Source: a virus. From it: DNA of 64,000 bases. The stretch's first letter is position 1; each line of letters starts with the position of its first letter. A program made the translations under genes and the position numbers. Under the pieces are notes generated by a model. The model made no database searches, had not been told where the DNA came from, and saw nothing but the letters and a program-made list of their open reading frames with translations. Positions 47,266 to 56,876 of this stretch are shown in pieces. The stretch lies in the IMG/VR virus record IMGVR_UViG_3300008262_000008; one strand, given 5' to 3'.

Positions 47266-48300
47266 ATGGCAGGTTCTTTAAGATACCCAAACAAAGTCTT
47301 CTCTGGTGGAGGTGATTCTACTGGAGCAGATTTTCCAGCTGGAGCTGTGGATTATGTTTGCTTTAAAGTAATTTCAACTTATAACTCTCAAGATCCTTCA
47401 CAATCTGGTCAAACACAACAACCTGTTGATACTTGCTATCTGTATATTCCTTCATCCTTACAAGTAAATTATTCTGCATCATATAATAGTGTTCCTCTTG
47501 GAGCAGCAGGAAGGGCAGCTGCTGAAGCTTTAAAATCTTCAAGTAGTTTAGATTTAGCATCTGCAATTCAAGGTTATGCCCAATCCGCTGGTCCAGAATT
47601 TGCCTTTAGTACTGTAGCTACAGGATTAGCAGGAATTAAAGATCTTACAGGGACTGCTGGTGCCAATCTAAATGCTAGTCAATTATCTGCTTTAGCACAA
47701 GGAAAAATATTTAATCCATACATGGAGCAAATATTTGAAGCTCCTGGTTTTAGAGATCACAATTTCTCATTCAAACTAATAGCTCGTGATAAAAAAGAAG
47801 CAACCGATATCTACAATATAATTAGATTTTTCAAAATTAATATGCTTCCTAATTTATCAGGATATACCGCCGCTGAGCAAAAATCAGCTCAACAAACACA
47901 AGCGGAAGCACAAGATCAGGCAAAAAATAAAGATTCTTCAGGTGCAGCAAAACCTGCAGCAGCTGGAACAAATAATACTTTCGCTGACACACTGATGAAT
48001 ACTCCAGGAGTATCAGAAAATCGATGGTTAACTGTACCTAACAAATTTGACATCTCCTTTCAAAGATTTGTAGGAGCAGTTGAAGGAGCAATTAGTTCAA
48101 ATAATAATCAATTAAGTCTATATAAATTCAAACGTTGTGTTCTAAAAAGTTGTCAGGTAAACTATACTCCTGATGGTCAATATACTGCATTTGCTCCTGG
48201 AAAAGGTATCAATGATATGGTAGTTCCAGCAGTCCAAATAGATTTATCATTCTCAGAGACAGAAATTATTACTTCAGCCGACGCAGCAAAGGGTTTCTAA
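47266..48300 (+). CDS. gp48: baseplate tail-tube cap gp48
   Basis: LYIP...NP..EQIF..P.FR..NFSFKLI...KFKRCVL..CQVNYTPDG...L.FSETEII. Confidence 0.85.
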   Translation: MAGSLRYPNKVFSGGGDSTGADFPAGAVDYVCFKVISTYNSQDPSQSGQTQQPVDTCYLYIPSSLQVNYSASYNSVPLGAAGRAAAEALKSSSSLDLASAIQGYAQSAGPEFAFSTVATGLAGIKDLTGTAGANLNASQLSALAQGKIFNPYMEQIFEAPGFRDHNFSFKLIARDKKEATDIYNIIRFFKINMLPNLSGYTAAEQKSAQQTQAEAQDQAKNKDSSGAAKPAAAGTNNTFADTLMNTPGVSENRWLTVPNKFDISFQRFVGAVEGAISSNNNQLSLYKFKRCVLKSCQVNYTPDGQYTAFAPGKGINDMVVPAVQIDLSFSETEIITSADAAKGF

Positions 48301-48301
48301 T

Positions 48302-48970
48302 ATGGCAGGATATTTTTCTTACATTCCAAATATTTACGTTACAAGACTAGAAGATGATAATACTACAAAATCATCAATTCTTGTAAAAAATTTATTTCGT
48401 AAATCAAAAACAAGAACAGATTTATCTAAGTATTATACATTATTCAATCCATACTATGTACCTGATGGAGAACTACCATGGCAAACCGCTACCAGATTAT
48501 ATGGAGATCCAACTTTAGAATGGATTATATTATTACTTAATAATGTTCAAAATGTATATAATGATTGGCCAAAATCAAATGATGAATTAGTAAATTATAT
48601 TAATCAAAAATACTCATATTTAAATGTCACTGCACCTGGAGATGAAATTCATCATTATGAAACTCAACAAGTTTATGAGGATGATATTTTAGTATTAGAA
48701 GGTGGTTTAGAAGTAAATGAAGATTATCAATTCAGAACTCCTAAAGGTATTCTATTAGTGGGATCATCTGTAGTATCAGCAGTAACAAATTATGAATATG
48801 AAGTTCAACAAAATGAAAAGAAACGTTTAATCTATATCCTAAATTCTTCTAATATTGATGCATTTATTGATGAATTCCAAAAAGTTATTTCGTATGAAGA
48901 TAGTGATGAATTAGATATTGAAGGCAATAAGTTTACACCAGTATCTTCTGTAGAAGACTATCTAAACTGA
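48302..48970 (+). CDS. gp53: baseplate wedge gp53
   Basis: YFSYIPN...KNLFR...LYGDP..EWIILLLN...DWP...IHHYET. Confidence 0.88.
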   Translation: MAGYFSYIPNIYVTRLEDDNTTKSSILVKNLFRKSKTRTDLSKYYTLFNPYYVPDGELPWQTATRLYGDPTLEWIILLLNNVQNVYNDWPKSNDELVNYINQKYSYLNVTAPGDEIHHYETQQVYEDDILVLEGGLEVNEDYQFRTPKGILLVGSSVVSAVTNYEYEVQQNEKKRLIYILNSSNIDAFIDEFQKVISYEDSDELDIEGNKFTPVSSVEDYLN

Positions 48971-48990
48971 GGGGCATCTGCCCCTTTTTT
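48970..48990 (+). terminator. intrinsic terminator after gp53
   Basis: AGGGGC-ATCT-GCCCCT-TTTTT. Confidence 0.85.
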
Positions 48991-49033
48991 AATGTTACAT
49001 AAATTGTAACAAAACTTAACATTCTTTTTAAAC

Positions 49034-49064
49034 AAAAAAATTGGGGCGCTTTTGAAGTGCCCCA
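49034..49064 (-). terminator. intrinsic terminator after gp32
   Basis: TGGGGC...GCCCCA followed by a T-run on the minus strand. Confidence 0.8.
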
Positions 49065-49090
49065 GAGGTTTTCAATATGCGATTTTGGTT

Positions 49091-50038
49091 TCAGTCTTCT
49101 TCAGCAAGGCGAGCGAAGTAACTAAGAGTGCTTTCATCATCATCTTCATTGAAGGAAGGTTTAGTAACCTTAGATTGATGAGATTGCTGAGCAGATTTGA
49201 AAGTACTGATTTCCTCTTTCCAAGATGCTGCAGGACCACGATCCTCTTCATCTGCAACCTCTTCATCGAAAGTAGAACGAGAAGGACGAGATTGAGTTTT
49301 ATTCCCAAGAACAAGTTGAAGACGATTTTCAAGTTCTTCAAAGGTCTTGAAGTTTTTCTCATCGGTGAACTCAGTTAGAGAATATTCACGCTTCCAGATC
49401 CCTTCCAGTTCATCATCATCAAGGTTAGCAAGAGTACCAGAACGAGAGAACTCAGACTTATCGTAGTTCCAGTAACCATCAACCTTACGGATCTTCAGTT
49501 TGAAGTTTGCTCCTTCCCAAAAGTCAAAAGGATTGATAGGAGTTTCATCTTTGAACTCAGGTTGCATTGCTGCCATGATTTTGTCAAAGATTTTCTTGCC
49601 AAACTTATAGAGGAAGACTCGTCCTTCATTCTCTGGATGTGCTGGATCTTCCACAACATAGATGTTAGCATAGTAGCTCAGTTTGCGCTTTTGTTTACGA
49701 GCGATTTCCTTATCAGCATCACTACCACTGTTCCAGAGCTCTCGGTTCATTTCACCGACAGGATCCTTCTTATTAAGAGTGGTCAAACTATTTTCAATAT
49801 ACCATCCACCAGGACCTTGGAATGCATGTGACCACACTTTTGCCCAAGGCAAATCCTCACCCTCAGGAGCAGGGAGGAAACGAATAACTGCATAACCATT
49901 ACCCGACTTGTCCATTTCGGGCTTCCAGAAACGCTCATCGGCACCGCTACTAGTTTCTGGATTAGAGATCTTTTCGATCTCGCGGGTAAGTTTATCAAAA
50001 ACAGACCCAGATTGCTTTTTCAAAGAAGCAAAAGACAT
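49091..50038 (-). CDS. gp32: single-stranded DNA-binding protein gp32
   Basis: DERFWKP..DKSGNGYAVIRFLP...GGWYIENSLTT; acidic tail; start trimmed to MSFASL. Confidence 0.95.
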   Translation of the reverse strand: MSFASLKKQSGSVFDKLTREIEKISNPETSSGADERFWKPEMDKSGNGYAVIRFLPAPEGEDLPWAKVWSHAFQGPGGWYIENSLTTLNKKDPVGEMNRELWNSGSDADKEIARKQKRKLSYYANIYVVEDPAHPENEGRVFLYKFGKKIFDKIMAAMQPEFKDETPINPFDFWEGANFKLKIRKVDGYWNYDKSEFSRSGTLANLDDDELEGIWKREYSLTEFTDEKNFKTFEELENRLQLVLGNKTQSRPSRSTFDEEVADEEDRGPAASWKEEISTFKSAQQSHQSKVTKPSFNEDDDESTLSYFARLAEED

Positions 50039-50099
50039 AATTGTATTCTCCGTATTAGTTGTATTTGTTGGATTGTCCGTGTGCCATACCAACAAAGGT

Positions 50100-50128
50100 A
50101 TGGTAGCACTATTTAGGTGGGTTGTCAA
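50100..50128 (-). promoter_or_regulatory. composite early+late promoter for gp32
   Basis: TTGACA-N17-TACCAT with CTAAATA inside the spacer. Confidence 0.75.
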
Positions 50129-50438
50129 GCATGTCATCCATCCTCTTTGCTAGGTGGTCAAGACCATCTTTAATAGAACTAAATCCATAAATTCCTATTA
50201 AAGTATCCACTCTTTCCTTAAAATCTGAAAGTTCAGGATAATCAGGAGCAGATAAAGATATCCTAGCGTAAAACAATTGTTGTTTTTCAATCAACTGTTT
50301 AACTTTTAACATATATTCTCTCCTTTCTAAAGGAGATAGTTCAGGTAATTTATTTGATTTTTTGAGACAGTCTTCGTAAAGTTCCTGCATCTCAATCATT
50401 TCCTTTCTAACAATACCTGATTTAAAGAACTCGTTCAT
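50109..50438 (-). CDS. DUF1825-like helical protein
   Basis: FFKSGIVRKEM...KQQLFYARISLS. Confidence 0.65.
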   Translation of the reverse strand: MNEFFKSGIVRKEMIEMQELYEDCLKKSNKLPELSPLERREYMLKVKQLIEKQQLFYARISLSAPDYPELSDFKERVDTLIGIYGFSSIKDGLDHLAKRMDDMLDNPPK

Positions 50439-51021
50439 TAACCTTTTCCAAAACTATTTTTTTATATTTTTTTATGTCAAGTTTTAAAAAGGGGCTATAT
50501 TTTAAGATTTTATTTTTCAATTCTTGCCATACTGGATCAGATAATACTTTATCAAAGGTTGGCAAATATTTAACACAAAAATTTAGGATTACTAAAGTTT
50601 CAATACTAATTTGATTTGCAAAATATTTTTTCAATATGTGTGGATGTTTTCCTCTTTCACATTTAAATAATTCTTCAAAAGATAATTCATCATTCAGAAG
50701 AATATCTATTTCATTTGCAAAATTATATGCCAAACTTTGATTATACTTTTTCCAATTTAAATAATTTTTCTCAGCATTTGAGGATAAAAGATCTTTAATA
50801 TAAAAACATTGTTCTTTGACAAAATTTGAAATCAAATAAGTTAATGCTGTATCATGATCATATTTTGTAGAAAATTTTTTAAAGAAGTAAGCATCTTTTC
50901 TTTTATCAAAAGATTTTTCTGATGCTTTTACCTTCCCATTAAATTCAAAATAGTCATATCTCTCTGTAGTAAAATGAAGTTTTAATGCAAGATACATTCT
51001 ATAAACTTCAAATCCAGTCAT
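50422..51021 (-). CDS. gp59: helicase loader gp59
   Basis: GFEVYRMYLALKLHF...YDYF.FNGK...KRKD.YFF. Confidence 0.88.
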   Translation of the reverse strand: MTGFEVYRMYLALKLHFTTERYDYFEFNGKVKASEKSFDKRKDAYFFKKFSTKYDHDTALTYLISNFVKEQCFYIKDLLSSNAEKNYLNWKKYNQSLAYNFANEIDILLNDELSFEELFKCERGKHPHILKKYFANQISIETLVILNFCVKYLPTFDKVLSDPVWQELKNKILKYSPFLKLDIKKYKKIVLEKVNERVL

Positions 51022-51272
51022 AATGGCAAGATGCCCCTTGTAGTCTTTTTCATAAAATTAAGATTTTGAGCCTGATATTTCAACTTTTCTTTCAATGGTT
51101 TAGATATAAGTTTAGGCACATTTTCCAACTCAATGTCATTGTCATCACAATAACATATAATAGCATCAATGTAATTAACTAATCCATTACCATCTTTCAC
51201 AATTTCTTCAATATCTGAAGAGAACTTTGCTGCTGTCATAAATTTACTCTCTAATTTTTCACTATTGTTCAT
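51018..51272 (-). CDS. gp33: late transcription co-activator gp33
   Basis: FS..IE.IV...NYIDAII.YC...LISKPLKEKLK..A..LNF. Confidence 0.88.
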   Translation of the reverse strand: MNNSEKLESKFMTAAKFSSDIEEIVKDGNGLVNYIDAIICYCDDNDIELENVPKLISKPLKEKLKYQAQNLNFMKKTTRGILPL

Positions 51273-51934
51273 TTATTAATCCTCTCAAACTCATTGATGT
51301 ATTCTTTAAGTAATACAAAGTAATGATTGAGATCATATTTTTGAAAGATCTGGCAGTGACCCTCTTCCGTTGCAATTATAGTAACAATTTTTACAGGTTG
51401 TATTCCTGTTCTTTCATAAAACATAACTGCATATGCAGTTTCTTGCACGAAATAATTCTCAATCCAGTCTTCTCTCTTTTCTTTATCAGAAGTTTTAAAG
51501 TCAATTACAGCAAGTTCACCATCAAACTCTGCAATACAATCAACACGACCAGCAACTCCCAAATAATCAGAATATAAAGAAGTTTCTAGTGCGTGAATAT
51601 TAGAAATTCTATCAAGAATTGGTTTAGAAGCTTGAAACAAATTGAATGCTAAAATTTTATTCTTGTGTTGATCAACTGGTTCGTTTTTTAAATAAGTTTC
51701 AACAATACTATGATATGAAGTTCCTCTACTAGTTGCTCTAGCAGTTTTCTTATTTGCTGCTTCTTCCCCTACCCGCTTACGCCACTCCATAATCTGAGAA
51801 GATTTCTTAAAAGAAGTCACTGTAGTAATAGAAGGATAAAATTTCCCATTTGGAACAGGATAATATCGTTTACCATTTTTATCTACAGACTCTAATTCTG
51901 GTAGTTGTAGGGGAAGATCAACAAATTTAAACAT
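51269..51934 (-). CDS. PD-(D/E)XK exonuclease
   Basis: YPSITTV...RGT..H...LET.LYS....AGRVDCIAEFDGELAVIDFKTS...Q..AYA. Confidence 0.88.
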   Translation of the reverse strand: MFKFVDLPLQLPELESVDKNGKRYYPVPNGKFYPSITTVTSFKKSSQIMEWRKRVGEEAANKKTARATSRGTSYHSIVETYLKNEPVDQHKNKILAFNLFQASKPILDRISNIHALETSLYSDYLGVAGRVDCIAEFDGELAVIDFKTSDKEKREDWIENYFVQETAYAVMFYERTGIQPVKIVTIIATEEGHCQIFQKYDLNHYFVLLKEYINEFERINK

Positions 51935-52689
51935 CAGAAACCAAGATTAATTTTACTAATAAGATAAGACTTAACTAAACCAGAACGGACAATATCTTCA
52001 ATACCAAATTCAATACAACAGAATTCTTCCATAGTTTGAATGATGCTCATGAAATCTAGCACACCATTCTTTTCATTTGACTTGATAAGATCAGACTGAG
52101 TAACATCTCCAGAGAAAATAATTTTACAGTCTTGACCTACACGAGTAATTATACTATCAAGTTCATGAAAATTCAAGTTGCTAAATTCATCAACAATAAT
52201 AATGCAATTATCCATGGTAACTCCACGAATAAAAGATGTACTCCAGAAACTAATAGTTCCCTGATTTCTAAGATTATCATACAACATTTCAAATGCATTG
52301 TCATCAGGCATTTCAAACATGTACTTTACCATATTCTTGTATGGTATTTGATACAAGTTTGATTTATCTTCATGGTCTCCAGGAAGGAAACCAATTTCTC
52401 TAGTAGGAACTAGAGATCTGACAACATAGATTTTTTCATATGGAGACTCTGCATTTAAAACCTCTCTGAGTGCCAGGAATAAACTAATAAAAGTCTTACC
52501 TGTTCCAGCAGCACCATGTAGAAGAAGATTTTTATCTTTTGCATAGCAATCAAATACTTCTTCTTGATGTGGTGTTAATGGTTTAATATCGACAAGGTGT
52601 TCTAAATTAATAGGCTTCTTGCGCCTCATTTGTTTTGTACTCATTCCCGCAGGTACGACTGAGTTGTTATTCCTTTTTTTGACTGGCAT
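51934..52689 (-). CDS. phoH: PhoH-family ATPase
   Basis: GAAGTGKTF, RSLVPTREIGFLPG, RGVT, IVDE.SN, GD..QSDL, DIVRSGLVK. Confidence 0.93.
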   Translation of the reverse strand: MPVKKRNNNSVVPAGMSTKQMRRKKPINLEHLVDIKPLTPHQEEVFDCYAKDKNLLLHGAAGTGKTFISLFLALREVLNAESPYEKIYVVRSLVPTREIGFLPGDHEDKSNLYQIPYKNMVKYMFEMPDDNAFEMLYDNLRNQGTISFWSTSFIRGVTMDNCIIIVDEFSNLNFHELDSIITRVGQDCKIIFSGDVTQSDLIKSNEKNGVLDFMSIIQTMEEFCCIEFGIEDIVRSGLVKSYLISKINLGF

Positions 52690-52690
52690 A

Positions 52691-52924
52691 TTAGGTAAAT
52701 CTAGATAGGTTTGCTCTTGGATGTGCTTCTTGAATTCGTTTCATATTATCTCTAAATCCTCCTGGCAATTTTTCACCAGTACCAATACCACTTACGGCAT
52801 TGAGAACAGTAGGGACTTGAGTAATATTTGGATTGGCTTCCAGATACGGTTCTCTTTCAGCCATATACATCCATTTATCAAACTCTTCTCCAGTTTCATT
52901 GTTTCTAAATCGATATGTTGGCAC
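52691..52924 (-). CDS. FmdB-like small protein (Cys ligands absent)
   Basis: MPTYRFRNNETGEEF. Confidence 0.65.
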   Translation of the reverse strand: MPTYRFRNNETGEEFDKWMYMAEREPYLEANPNITQVPTVLNAVSGIGTGEKLPGGFRDNMKRIQEAHPRANLSRFT

Positions 52925-52943
52925 TTATACCTCCTATTATCCT

Positions 52944-53087
52944 TTATTTAGATGCAACTTCTTCCTTAGAAGAAAATTCTTTTTTAACTTGAGATCTAAT
53001 TTTTTGATAGAACTCAAGGATATCGTGGTTATTGTTATAGACAAGACCACATTCTTTAGCAATTTGTAAAACTTCTTGGTTGTTCAT
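52944..53087 (-). CDS. small hypothetical protein (47 aa)
   Basis: Hand translation MNNQEVLQIAKECGLVYNNNHDILEFYQKIR... Confidence 0.55.
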   Translation of the reverse strand: MNNQEVLQIAKECGLVYNNNHDILEFYQKIRSQVKKEFSSKEEVASK

Positions 53088-53096
53088 ACAGACCTC

Positions 53097-53783
53097 TTAA
53101 TCAATTCTAATAGATGGAGGAACTAATTCTTTACAATCACACTCCTCACATTTCCAATCTAATGCTTCAGCCACATTTGGAAACACACAAATAAACACTT
53201 TCTTTGCTGCTTCAGCAATATCCATGTGTTCTTTCTGTGTTCCATTAGCAGAACGAAGATTAATATAATGAATCCATGACCTGCATGATCCAGTCATGTA
53301 GATACGGGTTGGAGTTGCAAGAGGAAGTACAAAACGAGCACACTCCTTAGCAACACCAGCGTGAAGCATATCATCATAGAGATCCATGATGTCAGCAAAC
53401 ACATGCTTGATACGACGTTCAAAACTACGCTTCAGTTCAGGATCAAAGTCATCAGTAGAGTTCTGACGGTTCTTAGTATCCTGACGACGTAGATCAGGAA
53501 CAGGAAGTTCTTCACCAAGAAGAGTTGCATCAGCATAGCGTTGCGAAAATTCTTGATATGTAAAGCTCCTATGACGAAGTATCTGAGCAGCGATGCCACG
53601 AGTAGTTTCAATTTCTAGGGTCATAGTAGCCTGTTCAAACACAGACCAATGATTATGCTTAATACAATAAGCAAGTAACCCTGCAAACTTCTCGTTCTCC
53701 TGGTTAGCAGGATTAGAAACTCGCGCAATATATGCCATTGTCTTTTCGGCATCAGGTGTTACACTAATAAGTTTTACTGTCAT
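53097..53783 (-). CDS. thyX: flavin-dependent thymidylate synthase
   Basis: HWSVFE; QILRHRSFTYQEFSQRY; KECARFVLP; Q.EH. Confidence 0.95.
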   Translation of the reverse strand: MTVKLISVTPDAEKTMAYIARVSNPANQENEKFAGLLAYCIKHNHWSVFEQATMTLEIETTRGIAAQILRHRSFTYQEFSQRYADATLLGEELPVPDLRRQDTKNRQNSTDDFDPELKRSFERRIKHVFADIMDLYDDMLHAGVAKECARFVLPLATPTRIYMTGSCRSWIHYINLRSANGTQKEHMDIAEAAKKVFICVFPNVAEALDWKCEECDCKELVPPSIRID

Positions 53784-54061
53784 TTAGTTCTCCTCAACAT
53801 GGTTATCATAACAAAAACTCCAACAGATTGCAAGTAGTTGAAAGGTTTAACTGATGAATATACATTTGGAATAGTTAAGTTCCATATTAACATGAAGATT
53901 AAAGGTTTGAAAATCAAAAGACTGATAGTAGACATTAAAAATGCAACTGCCTTTTCAATTTTTTCTAACTCTTCTTGGTCTTCAGTACTCTCTTCTAAAG
54001 GTTCTTCAATTAATGCTCTAGGATCTAGAAATACTGTAGTCTTTTTATTTTTAGTAGTCAT
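53780..54061 (-). CDS. membrane protein, hypothetical
   Basis: Two hydrophobic segments; ATGA overlaps. Confidence 0.65.
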   Translation of the reverse strand: MTTKNKKTTVFLDPRALIEEPLEESTEDQEELEKIEKAVAFLMSTISLLIFKPLIFMLIWNLTIPNVYSSVKPFNYLQSVGVFVMITMLRRTK

Positions 54062-54357
54062 GAGTTTTTCTTATCTTTAGGTTTATTTTGATAATCCCAA
54101 GACTTTGGAGGAATAGTACCTTTTGTCCAAGAAAAAGATTTTATTACTCCTCCTAGTAAATCATAATATGCATCAAATATTGCAGATCTAGAATAACCTT
54201 TAACAATATCGAACCATATTGTATCATCCATTTCACATTCTACTAAGATTGCATCTCTAGGTAATTGTCTATTTTCGGCATAACTAGGATCACAATTAAT
54301 ATAAATGAGATGAACTCCATATTTTTTAAAATGAGGTGTATCTCTTTCTGTTACCAT
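54058..54357 (-). CDS. hypothetical cyanophage protein
   Basis: ORF track. Confidence 0.65.
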   Translation of the reverse strand: MVTERDTPHFKKYGVHLIYINCDPSYAENRQLPRDAILVECEMDDTIWFDIVKGYSRSAIFDAYYDLLGGVIKSFSWTKGTIPPKSWDYQNKPKDKKNS

Positions 54358-54806
54358 TAACTTCTATTCCCCCACTGAATTTGAGGAAATGCTTCTTGTA
54401 CACATGCTTTTGTAATCTTGTATTTTTTCTGCAAATCTTTATCCTTAACTAGACAAAGGAGTGCTGCTTCATCTTGATGTAATCCTTCAAGCATACGAAT
54501 AAACATATTCTCTCTTTCGATCTGCTTGATCTCATTGTTCCCACCCTTAACAAAGTTATACAAACGTACATATTCTTGATTAAGAGTTGTATGTTCTGTA
54601 CCAATCGGTGCTTCATTAGGGGTATAAGGAACTTCTCCTTCTGGAATTAGACTTTCGACACTATCATCATAGTTCCAGATCAGAATGCTACGAAGAGCTT
54701 GACTACTATGCTTTTGCAAAAGTTCAATCTTTTCTTTTTTAGTTTTTGCATTAGATACTTTTTGCATTACCTCTGAAATAAGAGGTGTATAAGTTTCAAC
54801 GGCCAT
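54357..54806 (-). CDS. conserved T4-like hypothetical protein
   Basis: LISEVMQKV...LPEG.VPY...RE.MFI.MLEGLH.DEA. Confidence 0.7.
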   Translation of the reverse strand: MAVETYTPLISEVMQKVSNAKTKKEKIELLQKHSSQALRSILIWNYDDSVESLIPEGEVPYTPNEAPIGTEHTTLNQEYVRLYNFVKGGNNEIKQIERENMFIRMLEGLHQDEAALLCLVKDKDLQKKYKITKACVQEAFPQIQWGNRS

Positions 54807-54807
54807 T

Positions 54808-55692
54808 TTAAAATTCTCCTATACTATCAAGTAAAATAACAAGTTTGGATTTAATGAAGTAATCATACATCAAAGATCTTGATGCTGGTTGAATACTATC
54901 GAACTCTGCGATAATATTATTTTCTACTTCTATAGGTATATATGTGAAATCAATAAGGTGTAGATTTCGTTCATAGTTCTGTTGCTGCTGAGTTGTAGAA
55001 CAGAATTGTTCTGGTGACATAGTAATCCACTTCTCAATATTCTTTTTAGTAAGTGGTTTTTGCCTTAGTCCTGCAATAAAAGTATCATCAGAAGAAAGAA
55101 AATTAGGAATACCGTCTGAACGATCTCCTTTAATCACATGTTCTTTGATATACATTTTAGGATCCATCCCACTCACATATTTCTTTTGAGTTGGATTATA
55201 CTGTTTCACAAAAGGATACTTTTGTAGTTGTATGAAATCCTTATCTCCAGAAAGAACCAAAACCTTTTCAATTGGTTTATCATCTTTCTGCAATTTGATA
55301 TTTAGAACTGCTTGTCTTTTACACAAGACTGAAATAATATCGTCTGCTTCTGCACCATTAACTTCAACAAGCTTATATGGAAGATAATCTTTAAATTCTA
55401 ATTTAAGTTTGTTCAAAATATCAAAGATATTCGTCCAATCATAACTAGATTTTTCTCTATCTTTTTTCCTAGTTCCTTTATAGAAAGGAAACTTTTCACG
55501 TCTCCAGTAATTTTTGGAATCATAACAAAGGACTAGATCGCCATATTCAGAAAACTTTGACTTATATCCCTTAAGAGAAGTCAAAATCATATGGCGAACT
55601 AGTCCTTCGTCAATAGGTTGTTTTTTACCAATAGAATTCAAGTGCATCATCAGGTTTGAAATACAAACCTGATTCATATCAATCAAAATCAT
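54808..55692 (-). CDS. rnh: T4-type RNase H (5'-3' exonuclease)
   Basis: ILIDMNQ; YWR...FP.YK..RKK; EADDII; SGDKDFIQL; GDRSDGIPN. Confidence 0.92.
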   Translation of the reverse strand: MILIDMNQVCISNLMMHLNSIGKKQPIDEGLVRHMILTSLKGYKSKFSEYGDLVLCYDSKNYWRREKFPFYKGTRKKDREKSSYDWTNIFDILNKLKLEFKDYLPYKLVEVNGAEADDIISVLCKRQAVLNIKLQKDDKPIEKVLVLSGDKDFIQLQKYPFVKQYNPTQKKYVSGMDPKMYIKEHVIKGDRSDGIPNFLSSDDTFIAGLRQKPLTKKNIEKWITMSPEQFCSTTQQQQNYERNLHLIDFTYIPIEVENNIIAEFDSIQPASRSLMYDYFIKSKLVILLDSIGEF

Positions 55693-55701
55693 CTTAGACC
55701 T

Positions 55702-55941
55702 TCATTCGTCTTCGTCATCTATCATATCATCTTCATCTCCAAAAGTCAAGTAGATCAGGTCATCTCTTAACACATGACCGTCTTCGTCTAGCATCTCTGG
55801 ATGAGTAATGCTCTTGGCATAAGAAGCGTTCTCTGCCCAAACAGAGAATACATTATTAGCCATCCATCCTAAAACAAATCCTAACCCAAATCCACCGATG
55901 GTTAGGAATACTGACATGATAATAAACTCTAAATGCTCCAT
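55702..55941 (-). CDS. single-TM hypothetical protein
   Basis: TM helix followed by HPEMLDEDG. Confidence 0.65.
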   Translation of the reverse strand: MEHLEFIIMSVFLTIGGFGLGFVLGWMANNVFSVWAENASYAKSITHPEMLDEDGHVLRDDLIYLTFGDEDDMIDDEDE

Positions 55942-56011
55942 GGGTCCTCCTTAAGTAAGTGAAATTATAAAGACCCAACCTCCCTGGTAACTATAGTTAA
56001 AAGTATTTATT

Positions 56012-56248
56012 TCAAATAATACCTTGTTCGTGGAGGTACTTGATACTATCTGTACATCCACCCAAATTCTTATCGTTCATTAGAACCTGAGGGAATGTAG
56101 ATCCTTGTCCAAATTGTGTATAGAATTGCTCTTTATTAAAATCACGGTTCAATACATACTCCTGAAAATTTAAACCTTTTACTGTTAGAACTTCTTTAAT
56201 TCTATCACAGTATGGGCATCCAGGTCTTGTATAAACAGCAAAATTCAT
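56012..56248 (-). CDS. glutaredoxin
   Basis: CPYC, TFPQV, GGC. Confidence 0.92.
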   Translation of the reverse strand: MNFAVYTRPGCPYCDRIKEVLTVKGLNFQEYVLNRDFNKEQFYTQFGQGSTFPQVLMNDKNLGGCTDSIKYLHEQGII

Positions 56249-56270
56249 TTTAAACTCCTTATTAGTTTAA

Positions 56271-56344
56271 TCGGAGTGGAGGGATTCGAACCCCCGACCC
56301 ACTGCTCCCAAAGCAGTTGCGCTACCAAGCTGCGCTACACCCCG
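56271..56344 (-). tRNA. trnP: tRNA-Pro(UGG)
   Basis: CGGGGTGTAGCGCAGCTTGGTAGCGC...TTTGGGA... Confidence 0.95.
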
Positions 56345-56347
56345 AAA

Positions 56348-56431
56348 CGGAAGAGGTGGGATTCGAACCCACGGTGCTCATCACACGGCAGTTTTCAAGA
56401 CTGCTGCCATCAACCACTCGGCCACCCTTCC
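56348..56431 (-). tRNA. trnS: tRNA-Ser(UGA)
   Basis: GGAAGGGTGGCCGAGTGGTTGATGGC...CTTGAAA...; long variable arm. Confidence 0.93.
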
Positions 56432-56471
56432 AAATTTGAGGGAGTTTCCTCCCCACTCGTATCTATCTATA

Positions 56472-56834
56472 TCAGAAAGAATAACGAACTTTTACTTCAC
56501 CACCCATATCAAAGACTTCAGAGCGACCACCATACTCACCAGTAAGCTTAGCTTTGAGGGAAATCTTATCAGCAAGAGGTGCCTGAACACCAATCTCACC
56601 AACGGTCACATACTCATTGGTGCCACCGTTGTTCCACTCATAACCAGGACCAACTTCACCGTAGAGTTTCACACCGCTTCCAACTGCTTGCTCATAGCCA
56701 GCACGAAGTTCAGTTTGAGTTCCACGATAATCACCGTCAGACATAGCACCAGTAGTTTTAGACTCTACATAAGGGGCTGCCATAGCAGGTGCTGCGAGCA
56801 AAGAAAGAGCAGTAATAGTAATAATATTTTTCAT
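56472..56834 (-). CDS. small outer-membrane beta-barrel-like protein
   Basis: Signal peptide MKNIITITALSLLAAPAMA; amphipathic strands; C-terminal KVRYSF. Confidence 0.7.
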   Translation of the reverse strand: MKNIITITALSLLAAPAMAAPYVESKTTGAMSDGDYRGTQTELRAGYEQAVGSGVKLYGEVGPGYEWNNGGTNEYVTVGEIGVQAPLADKISLKAKLTGEYGGRSEVFDMGGEVKVRYSF

Positions 56835-56876
56835 AGATTTGTTCAACCCAATTTTACAATATGTCCATAAGGACAA

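Noticed and set aside
49052-49998. Alternative-frame ORFs within gp32 and psbA regions
   Set aside because: Frame shadows of strongly biased, highly expressed genes.
51269-51934. Cas4/CRISPR association
   Set aside because: Ordinary T4-like PD-(D/E)XK exonuclease between gp33 and phoH; no array or cas genes.
52691-52924. FmdB-like protein as a zinc regulator
   Set aside because: Cys ligands are absent; a common T4-like small protein with nothing specific to add.
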